Origin: Piromyces finnis finn
Lineage: Eukaryota; Fungi; Neocallimastigomycota
Direction: 5' to 3'
Length of the DNA: 64,000 nt
Assembly (NCBI GenBank): GCA_002104945.1
Contig: MCFH01000004.1
Span: 62,001-126,000, forward strand
Positions 13,794 through 26,488 of the stretch are shown one piece after another. Within the stretch, counting starts at the first letter, position 1, and each line of letters begins with the position of its first letter. The translations under genes were made by a program, and so were the position numbers. The notes under the pieces are model-generated. The model saw only the letters and a list, made by a program, of their open reading frames with translations, did no database searches and was not told the origin of the DNA.

Positions 13794-15657
13794 TTAATAA
13801 TTATAATAATATTATTATAAATGTTTTTTTTTTTTTTTATTTTGTAATTTAATGTATATTTTTAAATGTAATAATAATAAAAAATAATAATAATAATAAA
13901 AAATAATAATAATAATAATAAATAAAAATAATAATAAAAAATAAAAATAAAAATAATAATTATATATATAGGAAACAGTTTGAACGATATTTATTTTTTG
14001 CTTTCTAAAATAAGAATACTTTATTGCCAAAAAATAATTACATCAAATATTATTTAACAGTAATTACATTAGTAATTTTTATTAATAATTGATATATTAT
14101 GATGATTTTCACATGATTTTATATTATTCTTTCATTATTTTATTTTCTCCACTCTATAATTATTTAATTCTAATTTTAATGAGCCAATAGTATTTAATAA
14201 CCTATAGTAAATTATGGAATAAAATATGATCTACAAACTTTTAAATATTAATTAAAGTTTATTGTGGTTAAAAATTAATATATGAAAATTAATATATGAA
14301 AAGCTGTATACAAAAAATAAAAAATAAAAATTATATATTTAAATTTTTAATATATGTTAAATTAACTTTGTATTATTTTTATTCTACTTCGATATTTGTA
14401 TCAATTTTAAATATGAAACTTTTATGAATCATAAATTTAGCATTAATATTTATAATAATCATTTAATATTTATTAAGATGACAAACTTTTTATAATTCAT
14501 TAGTTTGATACTTTTAATTAAAAAATCATCATTAAAAAGGCATCAATAATTAAAATGAAATATTTTATTATGATAGTTTATAAAAAGGATACTACATAAT
14601 AAAATAATATTTAATATAGTTATATGAATACAAATTCATAATATTTAACCATTGAAATTAACAGGACTTATTATAAGAGAGTAAATATCTACTCATCTAC
14701 TTTTCCTATTTTAATTAATAATAATTTTCCATATATATAATATATACATTTAACAGATAAAATATAATAAAGATTTAAATTTACAGTTTTATGAAAATTC
14801 TAATATTATTTTTTTTCAATTGAAATTTCTATTTTATATAAAATATGTTTTGAAACTTTTGCCTTTATATCATGATAAAGTAATTAAACAATATTGAAAA
14901 GTGGTTTGTAATATAAAAATATTAATAATTTTAATTCTAAATTAATAAGTTCTTTAATATTATTTATATTATTTATTATTTATGCTATTTGTTTAGTCTT
15001 TTTCCACTTAGAATTAATCCTGAAATAATAAATTAATAATTGACCCATAATAAATATAATTATAAATTAATTAATTTTTATCATTTTATTATATTCTAAA
15101 GTTTGGAAAAGATAACATAAAATTTTCCTTTTTTTAATAATTGATTTTCATTTTTATATATAAATCAAATTATTTAAATTAATTTACAAGGAAATTGTGC
15201 AACTTTAATATAAATTATTTTCCATTAAAAAAAAAAAAAACCTAAAATATTTTATTATTACTGTTTAACAAATACAAATTATTGTATATTAACGGAAATT
15301 TTATAGGATTATTTCTTTTGTCATATAAAACATATACATTATTTATTTGTAATTATATTTAACTTTAATATTAGCATTCTCTATTTCAATATTACTTTAA
15401 GTTTATTACTTTTAAAATGAATACTTTAAATTATTAAGTTTTAAAGTTAATATTTTACCTTTATAATTTGTAATAACGTGCAATAAAATAATATTATTAA
15501 AATTAAGATATCATATATATTTCAATGGATATAAATATTAATATTTTCCCTTTATATTCTTTTTTAGTTATCTATAATAATTTTTTACTTTATTAATTAC
15601 ATAATATCAATTTAATATTACTAATATTATAAAATAAGTATATTAAAAAATTATAAG

Positions 15658-17486
15658 ATGAAATTCAATATTTCAATTGTATTATCAGCTTTTGCTGCAT
15701 ATGCAGAAGCTTATGAGCTTTTAAAAGAATATTCAAATGGTTTTAGAATTGGTGCTGCAACTAACACCTTATTTTACAATAATAATAATTATGTTAATGC
15801 TATGAAAGCATTCAATTATATGGTAGCTGAAAATGCTTGTAAGTTTGTTAGTATTCAAGGTACTAAGGGTAAATTTAATTTCAATGATTGTGATAATCAC
15901 TTGAAGAAGGCCAAAGAACTTGGTATGGACTTTAGAGGACATGCTTTAATATGGCATTCAATGGCTCCAAATTGGCTTCAATATGAAGATTCTCAAACTA
16001 TGAGACAATCTATTATTAATCATATTACCAAGGTTTTACAACACTATGAAGGTAAAATTGATACTTGGGATGTTGTAAATGAAGCTATTGATGACAGTTC
16101 CAATGGTAATGGCTGGAAATACCGTAATTCCTTCCTTTACCAAAAAAATAAGGATTTCATTGATCTTTCTTTTCAAACTGCTCGTAAAGTTTCACCAAAT
16201 ACTAAGCTTTTCTATAATGATTATAATACTGAAGGTATTTGGGGAAAGAGTGAATCTGTCTACCAATTTATTGCAGATTTAAAGAAGCGTAATATTCCAA
16301 TTGATGGTGTAGGCCTTCAATATCATGTTAGTGTTCAAAACCAACCACAACTTAACAAGATTACTGATTTTTCACATTACTGAACTTGATGTCAGTTGTG
16401 AAAGTTCTTGTTATGCTAGTGATGTTAATAATAAACAATCCCAAGTCTTTAGTAATGCTTTAAAGGCATGCCTTAGTAACTCCTGTTGTACTGGATTCCT
16501 TGTATGGGGTATTGGTGATAAGGATAGTTGGTTAGGTGCTGATAAAAAGGGTTTACTTTTCGATAACAATTATCAACCAAAATCTCAGTACACTGCACTT
16601 TTGAGTGTATTAAAGACCACCAAAGCTGCTTCTCTTGGTAATAAAAATAATAACAATTTTAATAGTAACAGTAATATAACTCCTCCAGTAAATAATAATT
16701 ATGAAGAAACCCAAAGTACTACTTTTAAAGCTACAAAGATTTCTGATGGTTGGTATAAAATTAAAAACCCAAAATCTGGTTTATACCTTCAAGTTAGAAA
16801 TAGTAAGGGTGCTGATTCACAAAATGTCGAACTTGGAGATGACGATTCTCAAATGTGGAAAATTAAAAATATTGGTAGTAACTATGTAACTTTAACTAGT
16901 AGTCTTGGTGACTTTATGTTAGATGTTTGTATGGGTGATACTGATGATGGTGTTAATGCCCAAATTTACACTAGTCATGGTGAAGATGCTCAACAATTTG
17001 TTTTCATGGAAACTGATACTAAGAATACTTATGTTATTGGTACTAAGAACTAGAGGATCAAAAGTTCTTGATATAGAAAATTATGGAACTACTGCTGGTA
17101 GTAACATTTATCAATGGGAAAATGAAGGTAAAGCTAATCAACTTTGGACTCTTGAGGCAGTTAAAGGAAGTAGTGATAATAGTAACATTAATACCAATAC
17201 TAATTTTAATTCATCAAATAATGATTCTACTTGTTGGGCATCTAAACTTGGTTATCCATGCTGTAAGAATAGTGGTGTTGTATACCAAGATGAAAGTGGT
17301 AGTTGGGGCGTTGAAAATAATGAATGGTGCGGTATTGCTTCTGATATCAAATGTACTGGTAAATATGGATACCCATGCTGTAAGAAAACATGCATATCTG
17401 TAGCTGTTGATGATGACGGTTATTGGGGTGTTGAAAATAATGACTGGTGTTTATTAGATAAAAGCCTCTGTATCTATTTATTTTAA
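15658..17486 (+). pseudogene. GH10 xylanase + ricin-B/CBM13 + two CBM10 fungal dockerins, disrupted by two frameshifts (about 16370 and 17048)
   Basis: RGHALIWH, WDVVNEA, YNDYN, GVGLQYH in frame 1; HITELDV nucleophile motif in frame 2; QxW repeats; dockerins [14 protein letters not shown] and [14 protein letters not shown] in frame 3. Confidence 0.88.
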
Positions 17487-18009
17487 AAGACAGTATAACT
17501 TTAATTATATAATTTTATAATTAACAAAAAAAATAATATTTATATTATTAATATAAAATTTATGGCTTATGTTAAATTACATTATTATGTTAAATACAAT
17601 TTACTAATTAATAAAGTTTATAACAAATATAATTAATAATTAAATAATATTAAGATTAAACAATAAATTATAATTTTTAACAATTAAAAATAAAGAAATA
17701 ATTAATTAATAATTCATTTAAATATTCAAATCGTATTTCAAATATTCAAAATAACTATAAAAAGTTTTTATAAAATTATATTACAATCAATCGATCATAT
17801 TTCAATAAAATTTGCATTATTATTTATTATTTTAATTAATAGAAAATTCTATAAATCGAAATTAAATAAAATATAATTTTGTTTAGTATATGTTTAGTAT
17901 ATGTTTATTATTATTGTGAAATAAATTTATTTATAAGGTTAGCAAAATATAATAAGAAAGTATTAAGTGAAAATTTATATACTAAATAACCTTTGTTTTC
18001 TATTTCACT

Positions 18010-18720
18010 AACTACCATACATGGTTCCATATTTGATAGAATTGACGAAATCCAACCCAAAATGTTTCTTTATCTCCATAAACATGTATATAGACTGTAT
18101 TTACATCATTTCTTGTATTTTCTTTATTTAATTTACTTATAGATAAAATTCAATGATAGATTTTGTTATATAGATAGCAACAGTACTAAATTCCATTTCA
18201 TGTATTGTTTTTTCATTCCAATATCTTGATTCTTTATATTCAGGTAAGGAATCAATAATCTATAATTTTAACTATTTAATCCAGAAATAGAACTAAAAGT
18301 ATACGATCTTTAAAAAGCAATGATCCTTTTGATTTATATCTCTTATCCTGAAAGAGTATTTTTAGATCATACAAATAAACCATATCTGCATTCAGAATAG
18401 TTATTTCCTCAAATCAGGATGCTAATATAGCAAAAGACTTAATATTTATATTTAAAAATATTGATTTTTATATCAAAATATCAATTTTAAAGTAAGTTGA
18501 TATATCTGATTAATATATATGGAAGTTTATTTTAATTTTCCATCGACATATTTTATCACACTATTATATAATACTTTTATTGGTAAGGTGGAATTAAGGA
18601 CAAACCAAAGAGTATCCATTATACTATAGGCATATTTAAAATGAATATCTCATGTACATATTATTATTCTTTTACCTTTTCGCCTAAGAATTTAAACTTA
18701 TAAAGTCATGGATATAATGA
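18010..18720. other. Possible decayed coding or transposon relic
   Basis: GC-richer than flanks with short protein-like fragments interrupted by stops; no recognisable motif. Confidence 0.2.
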
Positions 18721-19031
18721 ATAATGCAATAATAAGCTTTAAATTTTTTGATATCTATTTGAGTAGATATTATTACTTAAATTAAGAAACTCAGATCAAT
18801 ATAATAGTTTGTTTTTGTATTAAAATAAACTTTATTATCATTTATATTAATAAGAAAATAAAACAATATTTCTTAATATTAATCTTATTTTATAACACAA
18901 TAATATAACAATATGATTCATATAATATAATTAAATAAAATAATATATATATTTAATTAAATAAAAGTTAAAAAAAACATATAACAATAAAAAAGTATAA
19001 TCGAAATTCGATTCGGTATTAGTTAGTTAAA

Positions 19032-19720
19032 ATGGAATTTATCAGTATCATTACAGCTTTATTAACTGCTATTGCTCAAATTAAAAGTGAGGCCTATGTT
19101 CAACTTCCAAAAAACGATGACAAAGGCTATGAAAACTCAAAATGAAGTTATATGGGATGATAACTGCAAAAGCATGAATAGACTTGTATTCCCTCTGTCC
19201 TTGGTTCTCAAGCTAATCTTTCTTAGTACACTTTGTACGTTCCTACCATTCGTACCAGGCTCAATTGGATCAATAATCCTCATAAAAATTTAATTAAAAA
19301 TGGTTATATGTTATATCATCACTAGAAATGGATATGCCCAACCAAACCACAAGGTTAATCGTGTTAATGATCGAGAAAAAGAAAAGAATACTTTGAATCT
19401 ATTGATCATCTAGAATATGCTGGCGCCTACGATGAAAATATCATTAAAGATGAAAGACGAATCTAGCATCAATGACTGATGAATATCATATATTATAATC
19501 AATAATCAATATTTACGATTCTTCGAAGAAGCCTACTCTGAAGATGGTACTAATACATTTCTTGGTCCTTACTTGATAACATTGAATGAGAAAACAGTTA
19601 TGAAACACATCTTGGATTTATATCGATTTTTATAATGAAAAAAAAAAAAAAAAAAACCTGTACCAAAGCAATTTCTTTACTGGCTTGGATAACTATACCT
19701 TGATCACGTTGAACAAGAAT
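19032..19720 (+). pseudogene. Decayed gene for a secreted protein
   Basis: Signal-peptide-like MEFISIITALLTAIAQIKSEA, stop at 19143; later fragments (VIWDDNCK, EYFESIDHLEYAGAYDENII, EEAYSEDGTNTFLGPY) in shifting frames. Confidence 0.5.
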
Positions 19721-20727
19721 AAAAATTATGTTAAATAAAATAAAATAAAGAATTTTATTATTTATATAATTACTATATATATATTTAATGAATGATATAA
19801 TAAAAGTTATAAATAGATGAATTACAATACTTTATATTATTAACAAAACAAAAAATTATTAAAATATAAATAATTAACATACTATTTAGATGATTGTATA
19901 CATTACGTATACAATCAATTAATCATTTCCTTTTTTAAATTAATTAAAAAAAAAAGAATTATAATTAAAATACTTTTAATTTAAAAGTATAATAATAAAA
20001 ATTAATATTATAAGACCAGTAAAATTGCTATAATTCTAAAACATTAAACTACCTTTAATGAAGTATTTTATAATGTATTCTTTACAGAAAAAGGGAAACT
20101 TTTTATTCTTCTATAAAACTTCTAATGCAAAGGTATAAATTCTATTTAATGCTATTCTTCTTTTTATTATTTTTAACTAAATATCATTTGTATTGATGAT
20201 TCATTCATTTAATAAAAATAAAAAAATATTTATTATTTGGTTTCATGGCGTCACTATTAAAAAAAAAAAAAAAGCAATTATACTAAAAATATGTAAGAAT
20301 TTTATATTTAAAACAACTTAACCAATGATAGCATTGAAAGTTTTTTAAACTAATAGTATAAAATAGTAAAAAGAAAAAAAAAGATAATTTCATTTATTCT
20401 ATATTTTTAGATTAAATTTTTGGGTTTCATTCATTTTTATGTATTTTTTTTTTACCGCATTATGTAAACTTTGTAACCCTAAATTATACCCAAATATGTA
20501 AAATATTCACCCAGCCCAAACCCAATAGATTAAATAGATTAGAAAATATCATTTGTATTATTCTTTAAAAAAAAAAAAGGCAATTAATACTAATTTGTTG
20601 ATCCTATATTTAAATTGTAAGGATTTCTCATAGTAAATAGAAATCTATAAATAATAAAGATTTTACAAGAAATAAAAAAAAAAATCCCATAAAGTATTCA
20701 TTTTATTTTTTTTATCTTCATTATATA

Positions 20728-20796
20728 TTATTATGTAAATTATGCTATAGAATGAAGTAATTTATACTTTATTCTATAGCATAATTTACATAATAA
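20728..20796. repeat. Near-perfect inverted repeat, 32-bp stem and 5-nt loop
   Basis: TTATTATGTAAATTATGCTATAGAAT and its exact reverse complement, plus a further 6 bp with one G-T pair. Confidence 0.9.
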
Positions 20797-22003
20797 ACAA
20801 ACTTTCTGTATATTCAACCAATAATTAAAAATGTGTAACCTTTTCCTTTTGATGATTTGGTAAGTTTTTTTATAAATATAAAAATGAAGTTGACCTAAAA
20901 TTTAATTTATTAAAAAAAAATGAAATTAATGAATTAAATAAATTTCTTATAAAATAAAGTTTTCATACTTACTTTAATTAGTTAATTAATATATTAATTC
21001 TATCCAACACAAAAAGCGGAAAGTTTTCTTTCATCTTTAAATTATCACGAATTAATATGTTAAAATGAAAAATGATTCATTTATCATTATTTTTTTAATT
21101 TTGAAAATAATAGATTTATTTTTTTTTTTCTTTTTTTGATTTAGTATCAATAAAATAAAACAATTATAACAATTTTTATAGATTATATATGCTTACTTCC
21201 ATTGAAAATAAAAAAGACATTAGTATTACATTTATATAATAAAAAGATAAATGTCTATTAATAAAATGTTTATATTATAATAAATAATTCATTAAAAAGT
21301 TTCCTTACTAATAATGATGATAATTATTGATAAAAAATTATTATATATAATAAATATTATTATAATAATATTTACTAGAATATTAAAAAAGTATAATAAC
21401 TATGATATTCCAAAAAAAACAATAGTTATTATAAATAAATTATAAATAAAAATTTCATTTAATTTAATAATTATTTTAATTAAAATTTATAATTAATAGA
21501 CTTTATTATAGAATGGTTGGTTGATGAAACGGAAATTATATAAATAAAAGTATTTTTGGTTTTAATAAATTTTCTTTTTTTTAAAATAAAAATTAAAAAA
21601 AAAAAAAAAGGTTTTACTATATAATAAATTATTGTATATAGTAAATAACTAAATAGAAAGGAAAAGAAAAGGATATAACAATGAATTTAAGTAATAATTA
21701 ATAATAATAATAATTTTTTAAAATTAGTTTTAAAAAAAATAAAATATAATTATTAATAAAACAAATTATTATTATCTAAATTCAAATTCAGTAATATCAA
21801 AATATAGAAATTGAAATTTTTAAAAATTCAAATTAAATATTTTTAATAAAGAAAAACGAAAAGCAATTATAATAATTTAATTAATAAAAATTTAAAATAA
21901 AATAATAAAATATAATCAATGATAATTTAATTTTAAATTCAAAAATATAATTTATAATAAATATAATAAAAAAAAGTTAAAAATACATCTAATTTAATAA
22001 AAA

Positions 22004-22651
22004 ATGAAAATAATATTTAATATTGTAATTTTTTTGGCAATACTTTTAACATCACTAAGTATGGCCGCATATACCGAAGAAGAGTATATAAAAGTTGCAA
22101 AAGATTATATTAAAGAAAAATATAGCCAAGACATCAACTGTAAATATAGAGTAGTCATAGATAACTCGGTCTTTATCTATATTGACCAACTAGCCTATGA
22201 TACACCAATTAGTACTTTAGATTCAGTCATGCTAATAGACAAGGATACTAAAGAAGTAATTCATGCTAATTTAAGAATAAAAACAGAAATATATGAAAGA
22301 TATGTTGTAGATGGTACCCCATTAACATTAGAAGAAATACCAGAATTTATTAATAAACTTAATTACAATGAAGAATATAAAATTAATGCAAAGGAAATAA
22401 AAGTTATTCAGAAAAAGAATTTTAATAATTATTATGATATAGAAAATGTACCTTTTGTATTAAAGGAAGAAGATAACAAAAATACAATTGAAGTTGAAAA
22501 AATATATGAACCTATCACTAAGAATAATAGGGGAAATGTATATGAATTAGCTTACTATATTAATTATACAGATGAAAAACATAATGCCTATAATATAGTT
22601 TTATTTGCATATACAAAAGAAGTAAAGAAAAATAATAAAGTGAGTTTTTAA
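22004..22651 (+). CDS. Secreted protein of 215 aa, weakly resembling the FTP propeptide of fungalysin (M36) metalloproteases
   Basis: Clear signal peptide; EEEYIKVAKDYIK..YIDQ..IDKDTKEVIHAN pattern; no HExxH. Confidence 0.5.
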   Translation: MKIIFNIVIFLAILLTSLSMAAYTEEEYIKVAKDYIKEKYSQDINCKYRVVIDNSVFIYIDQLAYDTPISTLDSVMLIDKDTKEVIHANLRIKTEIYERYVVDGTPLTLEEIPEFINKLNYNEEYKINAKEIKVIQKKNFNNYYDIENVPFVLKEEDNKNTIEVEKIYEPITKNNRGNVYELAYYINYTDEKHNAYNIVLFAYTKEVKKNNKVSF

Positions 22652-23298
22652 TTGTTAAAATTATAATTTTAACTATTTTAAAACTATCATAAATAGTATA
22701 TATAAAAAAAAGATACATTAGAAAGGGAAAACTGAAATAAATTTTTAAAAATAAGGATATTTATAAAAATTTATAAAATAGTTATATTCATTCAATAATA
22801 ATTTTTATATAAAAAGTCTAATATAAATGAATTTTATAATATATAACAATGTAAATAATAAAGATTCACTTATTTTTTTAATTATTATGTTTACCTACAA
22901 TTAATAGTATCCTTTAAGAATAATATTCCATATAAGGAGTAAAAAAATGTAATAATAAATCAAAATGATTAAATTAATATTAAAGTAATTATTGAAATAT
23001 TTAATATAAATAAAAAAAAGAAAAGAAAATATTTAATATAAAAATAAGAATTAAATTTATATTTTAATGTGTGTACCATGTTTAAATGTTATATATATAA
23101 GAAAGAAGAATAAAGGGTTTATTTAAAAAAAAAAAGTATATTATTATTGAAGAAATAATTTTTTGCTTTTTTTTTCAATTTTTATATTATAAGCAATTAA
23201 ATTCCCTTCAAATAGAGTAACAAGTGTATTAACATATCAAAACTATTTAGCGTATTCTTAAAATTCCAGAATTTTAGCATATTTTTTACTCAAAATAA

Positions 23299-23301
23299 TA
23301 T

Positions 23302-23332
<31 letters not shown>

Positions 23333-23363
23333 TCTATTTATCTATTTATTTATTTATTTATTT
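23299..23363 (+). repeat. (TATT)n/(TCTATTTA) microsatellite
   Basis: Direct reading of sequence. Confidence 0.9.
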
Positions 23364-24130
23364 TAAAAATTTATATCCTCATTTTCAAGCTATTAAAATT
23401 TATTAAAATATTTTGTTACACAATGTTTTTTTCAAAAAAAAAAACTATATATATAGAATTTAAAATAAAAAAAAGTTTAATTATTTTATATTAATTAAAT
23501 AATGAAACAATATATTTCGATATATTTTCATTATATTAGAATATATTAAAATAAATAACAATAAAAGTACATAGCACAAAATAATGCATTCTATTTGGAT
23601 AATAAGAATGTATACGTTTATAGAAATAACTTCTAATTGTATACAATAATATGGATTCAACTTAATATAAATTTTTATTTATACTAGATTATATTAATTT
23701 CAATATATTTCAATATATCAATTAATTAAAAATCTCTAAATTTATATAATTAAATTTCGACATTTTTCAAAACGTTTTTTATGTATAAACCAATAATAAA
23801 AGAATAATAAATTGTATAAAAATATTTAATTTAAAAATAGTAATTTTATTCTATATTATTTATTTCATTTTATATTATGTTTTTTTTTATTTATTAATAA
23901 CACTTCATACACAATTCCAAAGATTAATAAAGATAAAATAAAATTATAATTTAAGAGAAAAAAAAATACTGAGAATTATATACTCTTTTATTAACATAAA
24001 ATAATATTCAATTAAAATAAGTATTCACTACTTTTTTTTTTCCTTCATAACAATAATAAAGTATCTGCGAAATAAGGCTTTATTATTGTTAATAATATAA
24101 AAGTAGATTTTTATACAAAATAAAATCAAA

Positions 24131-26488
24131 ATGAATAAATCTGTATTTAAATATATATCAATATTTAATGGTCTTATGACCGTTGGAATGACTTTAGCTA
24201 ATCCTATTGTAAATATATCTTATGAAAATGTAGAATCAAATAATAATAATAACCCAAATTATAATCAAAATAATTTTTATTATAATTACTATGATTCTAA
24301 TTCCAATAGTTACAATCAAAATGACTCTAATTCATATATTAATTCAAATTATAACACTAATGATAATTTGAATTCTTATGATAATAGTAATAGCTATAAT
24401 AATAATAATAATAATTATGTTGATAATAGTAACACAATTTATAATTCTGATGTTTATAATAATTATATCGAGAATACAAATTTTAATGTAGATTTCATTG
24501 ATAATTCAAATAGCAATTATTACGACACAAATTCTTATAATTTTAATGACTTTTCTCAACAAAATAGTAATTTTTCAGTAAATTCTCAAAATATTAAATA
24601 TCAAAAGGTATATAATAATTATGATACATTTAAAGCTACATGGATTTACCATACAAAATCAAATCTTTGTCTCACATTTTATAAAATTGACTATAAATTA
24701 AGACTTCAACCATGTAATTCAAATAATGTTTATCAAAAGTGGTATATTCCAACTAAAGGTAGTAATTATTGGATTTTAGGTACAACCTTTTCTCCATCTA
24801 CTAACAAAGAAGTTAGAAGTGAGTTTTCCATTGATGCTAATACAATCGAAGATTATTTTGATTATAACACTATATGTTTATTTATAAATAGCAAAGGTTC
24901 TTTTCTATCAAAAACCTGTATTATAGATTATTCCTATTATTCAGGAGTCAAAATGGATCAAATCAGTTTTAGTAGTTCAACAAATTCTATAAAATCTTCC
25001 AATATCAATAGTAATAATTGTATAGATGTTTTATCGGAAGATCTTACAAATTATAATCAACACCTTAAAAATATTAATGTTAGTAAAAATGCTGGGATCA
25101 GTCCTCTTGATTTGACTGTAGACATGATTCGTCTAACAATGACAAAATGTCAAAATAAAGATACTCAAAAATGGTCTTTCTTTACCGACTTTTCAAATTT
25201 GCAAAAATACCAAAAATCTACTTTTAATCCCAAAAACTATAAGGGTATTACTAATTTAAAGTCAGAAGATACCGAAGTCTATATACAACCAAAAGAAACA
25301 AAATTAGTAAAATTTGATATTTATTCTGGTAATAATAAAGTGAATAATTATTCAAATGTTGTCATTACTATTGCTAATAGTAAAATTGCTGAAGCTAAAA
25401 GAGTCAATAATGGAGTTAATATTGTTGGAAAGAGTGTAGGTTCTACTACTTTAACTATTAAAGTTCATAGTAAAAAGTTAGTTTATAATGTTATTGTTAG
25501 TGATGTCAATGATAAATTAGCCTTTTTAGATATTCAAACTTATGATGATTCAATTGGGGATTCTATTGTTATTCATAGTACTAATACTAAAGGCAATCCT
25601 ATTTTTGCTATGATTGATACTGGTAAGGCAAGAGTAATATCCTACGAAAAAGTCATCGGCTACCTCAAAGCCAATAATATCAAACAATTAGAATGGTTAT
25701 TAATTACTCATTTCCATGGTGATCACTATGGAGGTTTAAACCAATTGATTAATAGTGGTGTAACCATTAAAAAAATATATACAAAGCAATATCATGCATT
25801 GGATAGTACCGTTGAATCTTCAAAATATAAGACTGTATCCGAATTTAGAAGTAATAGAATGAAGGATTGGAATGATATGATCAAAATTATCACAAACAAA
25901 AAAATTCCTATTGCTTATGTTAATGCAAATAAAAATAATAGTACTCAATTAGGAAACTATCATTTTACCTTTATGAATGTCGAAGAAGCCTTTGATGGAT
26001 ATGGTGATGTTTGTGCAAAATTCAAGAATTGTAATGAAAATACCAATAGTGTTATTGCTGTTGTTAAAAATAATGGTAGATATTACTATTTAAATGGTGA
26101 TATTGATAGTTTTTCATCTTCTTTTTCAAAGTCTGACGATGAAAAACTAAAGAAAGCCTATAATAATCGTACTGTGGATAAATGGGTTTCTAAGGCAATG
26201 AAGAACTTTAATATTAAAAACTTTGATTTAATGAAGGCTAGTCACCATGGTGTCCTTTATAATAACATTAAAAAAGCTTACACTGTTGGTAAACCAACCT
26301 ATGCTGTTGTCACCTGTCATAAGGAATTCTTACGTGATCGTTTGAGTGTTCTTGAAAGTAGAATAAAATCTGGTAATTCAAACGCAAAAGTATATTACAC
26401 TGGTAATGGTATTGTTACAGTTAATCAAGATAAAAAAGGTAATATTACTGTTCTTCAAGGAAGAGATGAGCACAATGAATATAAATAA
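24131..26488 (+). CDS. Probably secreted protein: N/Y-rich region, ricin-B lectin, Ig-like module, ComEC/Pce-type metallo-beta-lactamase hydrolase
   Basis: QKWYI and QKWSF lectin repeats; IVGKSVGSTTLTI Ig-like; GDSIVI, MIDTG, THFHGDH, NTNSVIAVV, LNGDI, ASHHG MBL motifs; intronless 785 aa. Confidence 0.85.
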   Translation: MNKSVFKYISIFNGLMTVGMTLANPIVNISYENVESNNNNNPNYNQNNFYYNYYDSNSNSYNQNDSNSYINSNYNTNDNLNSYDNSNSYNNNNNNYVDNSNTIYNSDVYNNYIENTNFNVDFIDNSNSNYYDTNSYNFNDFSQQNSNFSVNSQNIKYQKVYNNYDTFKATWIYHTKSNLCLTFYKIDYKLRLQPCNSNNVYQKWYIPTKGSNYWILGTTFSPSTNKEVRSEFSIDANTIEDYFDYNTICLFINSKGSFLSKTCIIDYSYYSGVKMDQISFSSSTNSIKSSNINSNNCIDVLSEDLTNYNQHLKNINVSKNAGISPLDLTVDMIRLTMTKCQNKDTQKWSFFTDFSNLQKYQKSTFNPKNYKGITNLKSEDTEVYIQPKETKLVKFDIYSGNNKVNNYSNVVITIANSKIAEAKRVNNGVNIVGKSVGSTTLTIKVHSKKLVYNVIVSDVNDKLAFLDIQTYDDSIGDSIVIHSTNTKGNPIFAMIDTGKARVISYEKVIGYLKANNIKQLEWLLITHFHGDHYGGLNQLINSGVTIKKIYTKQYHALDSTVESSKYKTVSEFRSNRMKDWNDMIKIITNKKIPIAYVNANKNNSTQLGNYHFTFMNVEEAFDGYGDVCAKFKNCNENTNSVIAVVKNNGRYYYLNGDIDSFSSSFSKSDDEKLKKAYNNRTVDKWVSKAMKNFNIKNFDLMKASHHGVLYNNIKKAYTVGKPTYAVVTCHKEFLRDRLSVLESRIKSGNSNAKVYYTGNGIVTVNQDKKGNITVLQGRDEHNEYK

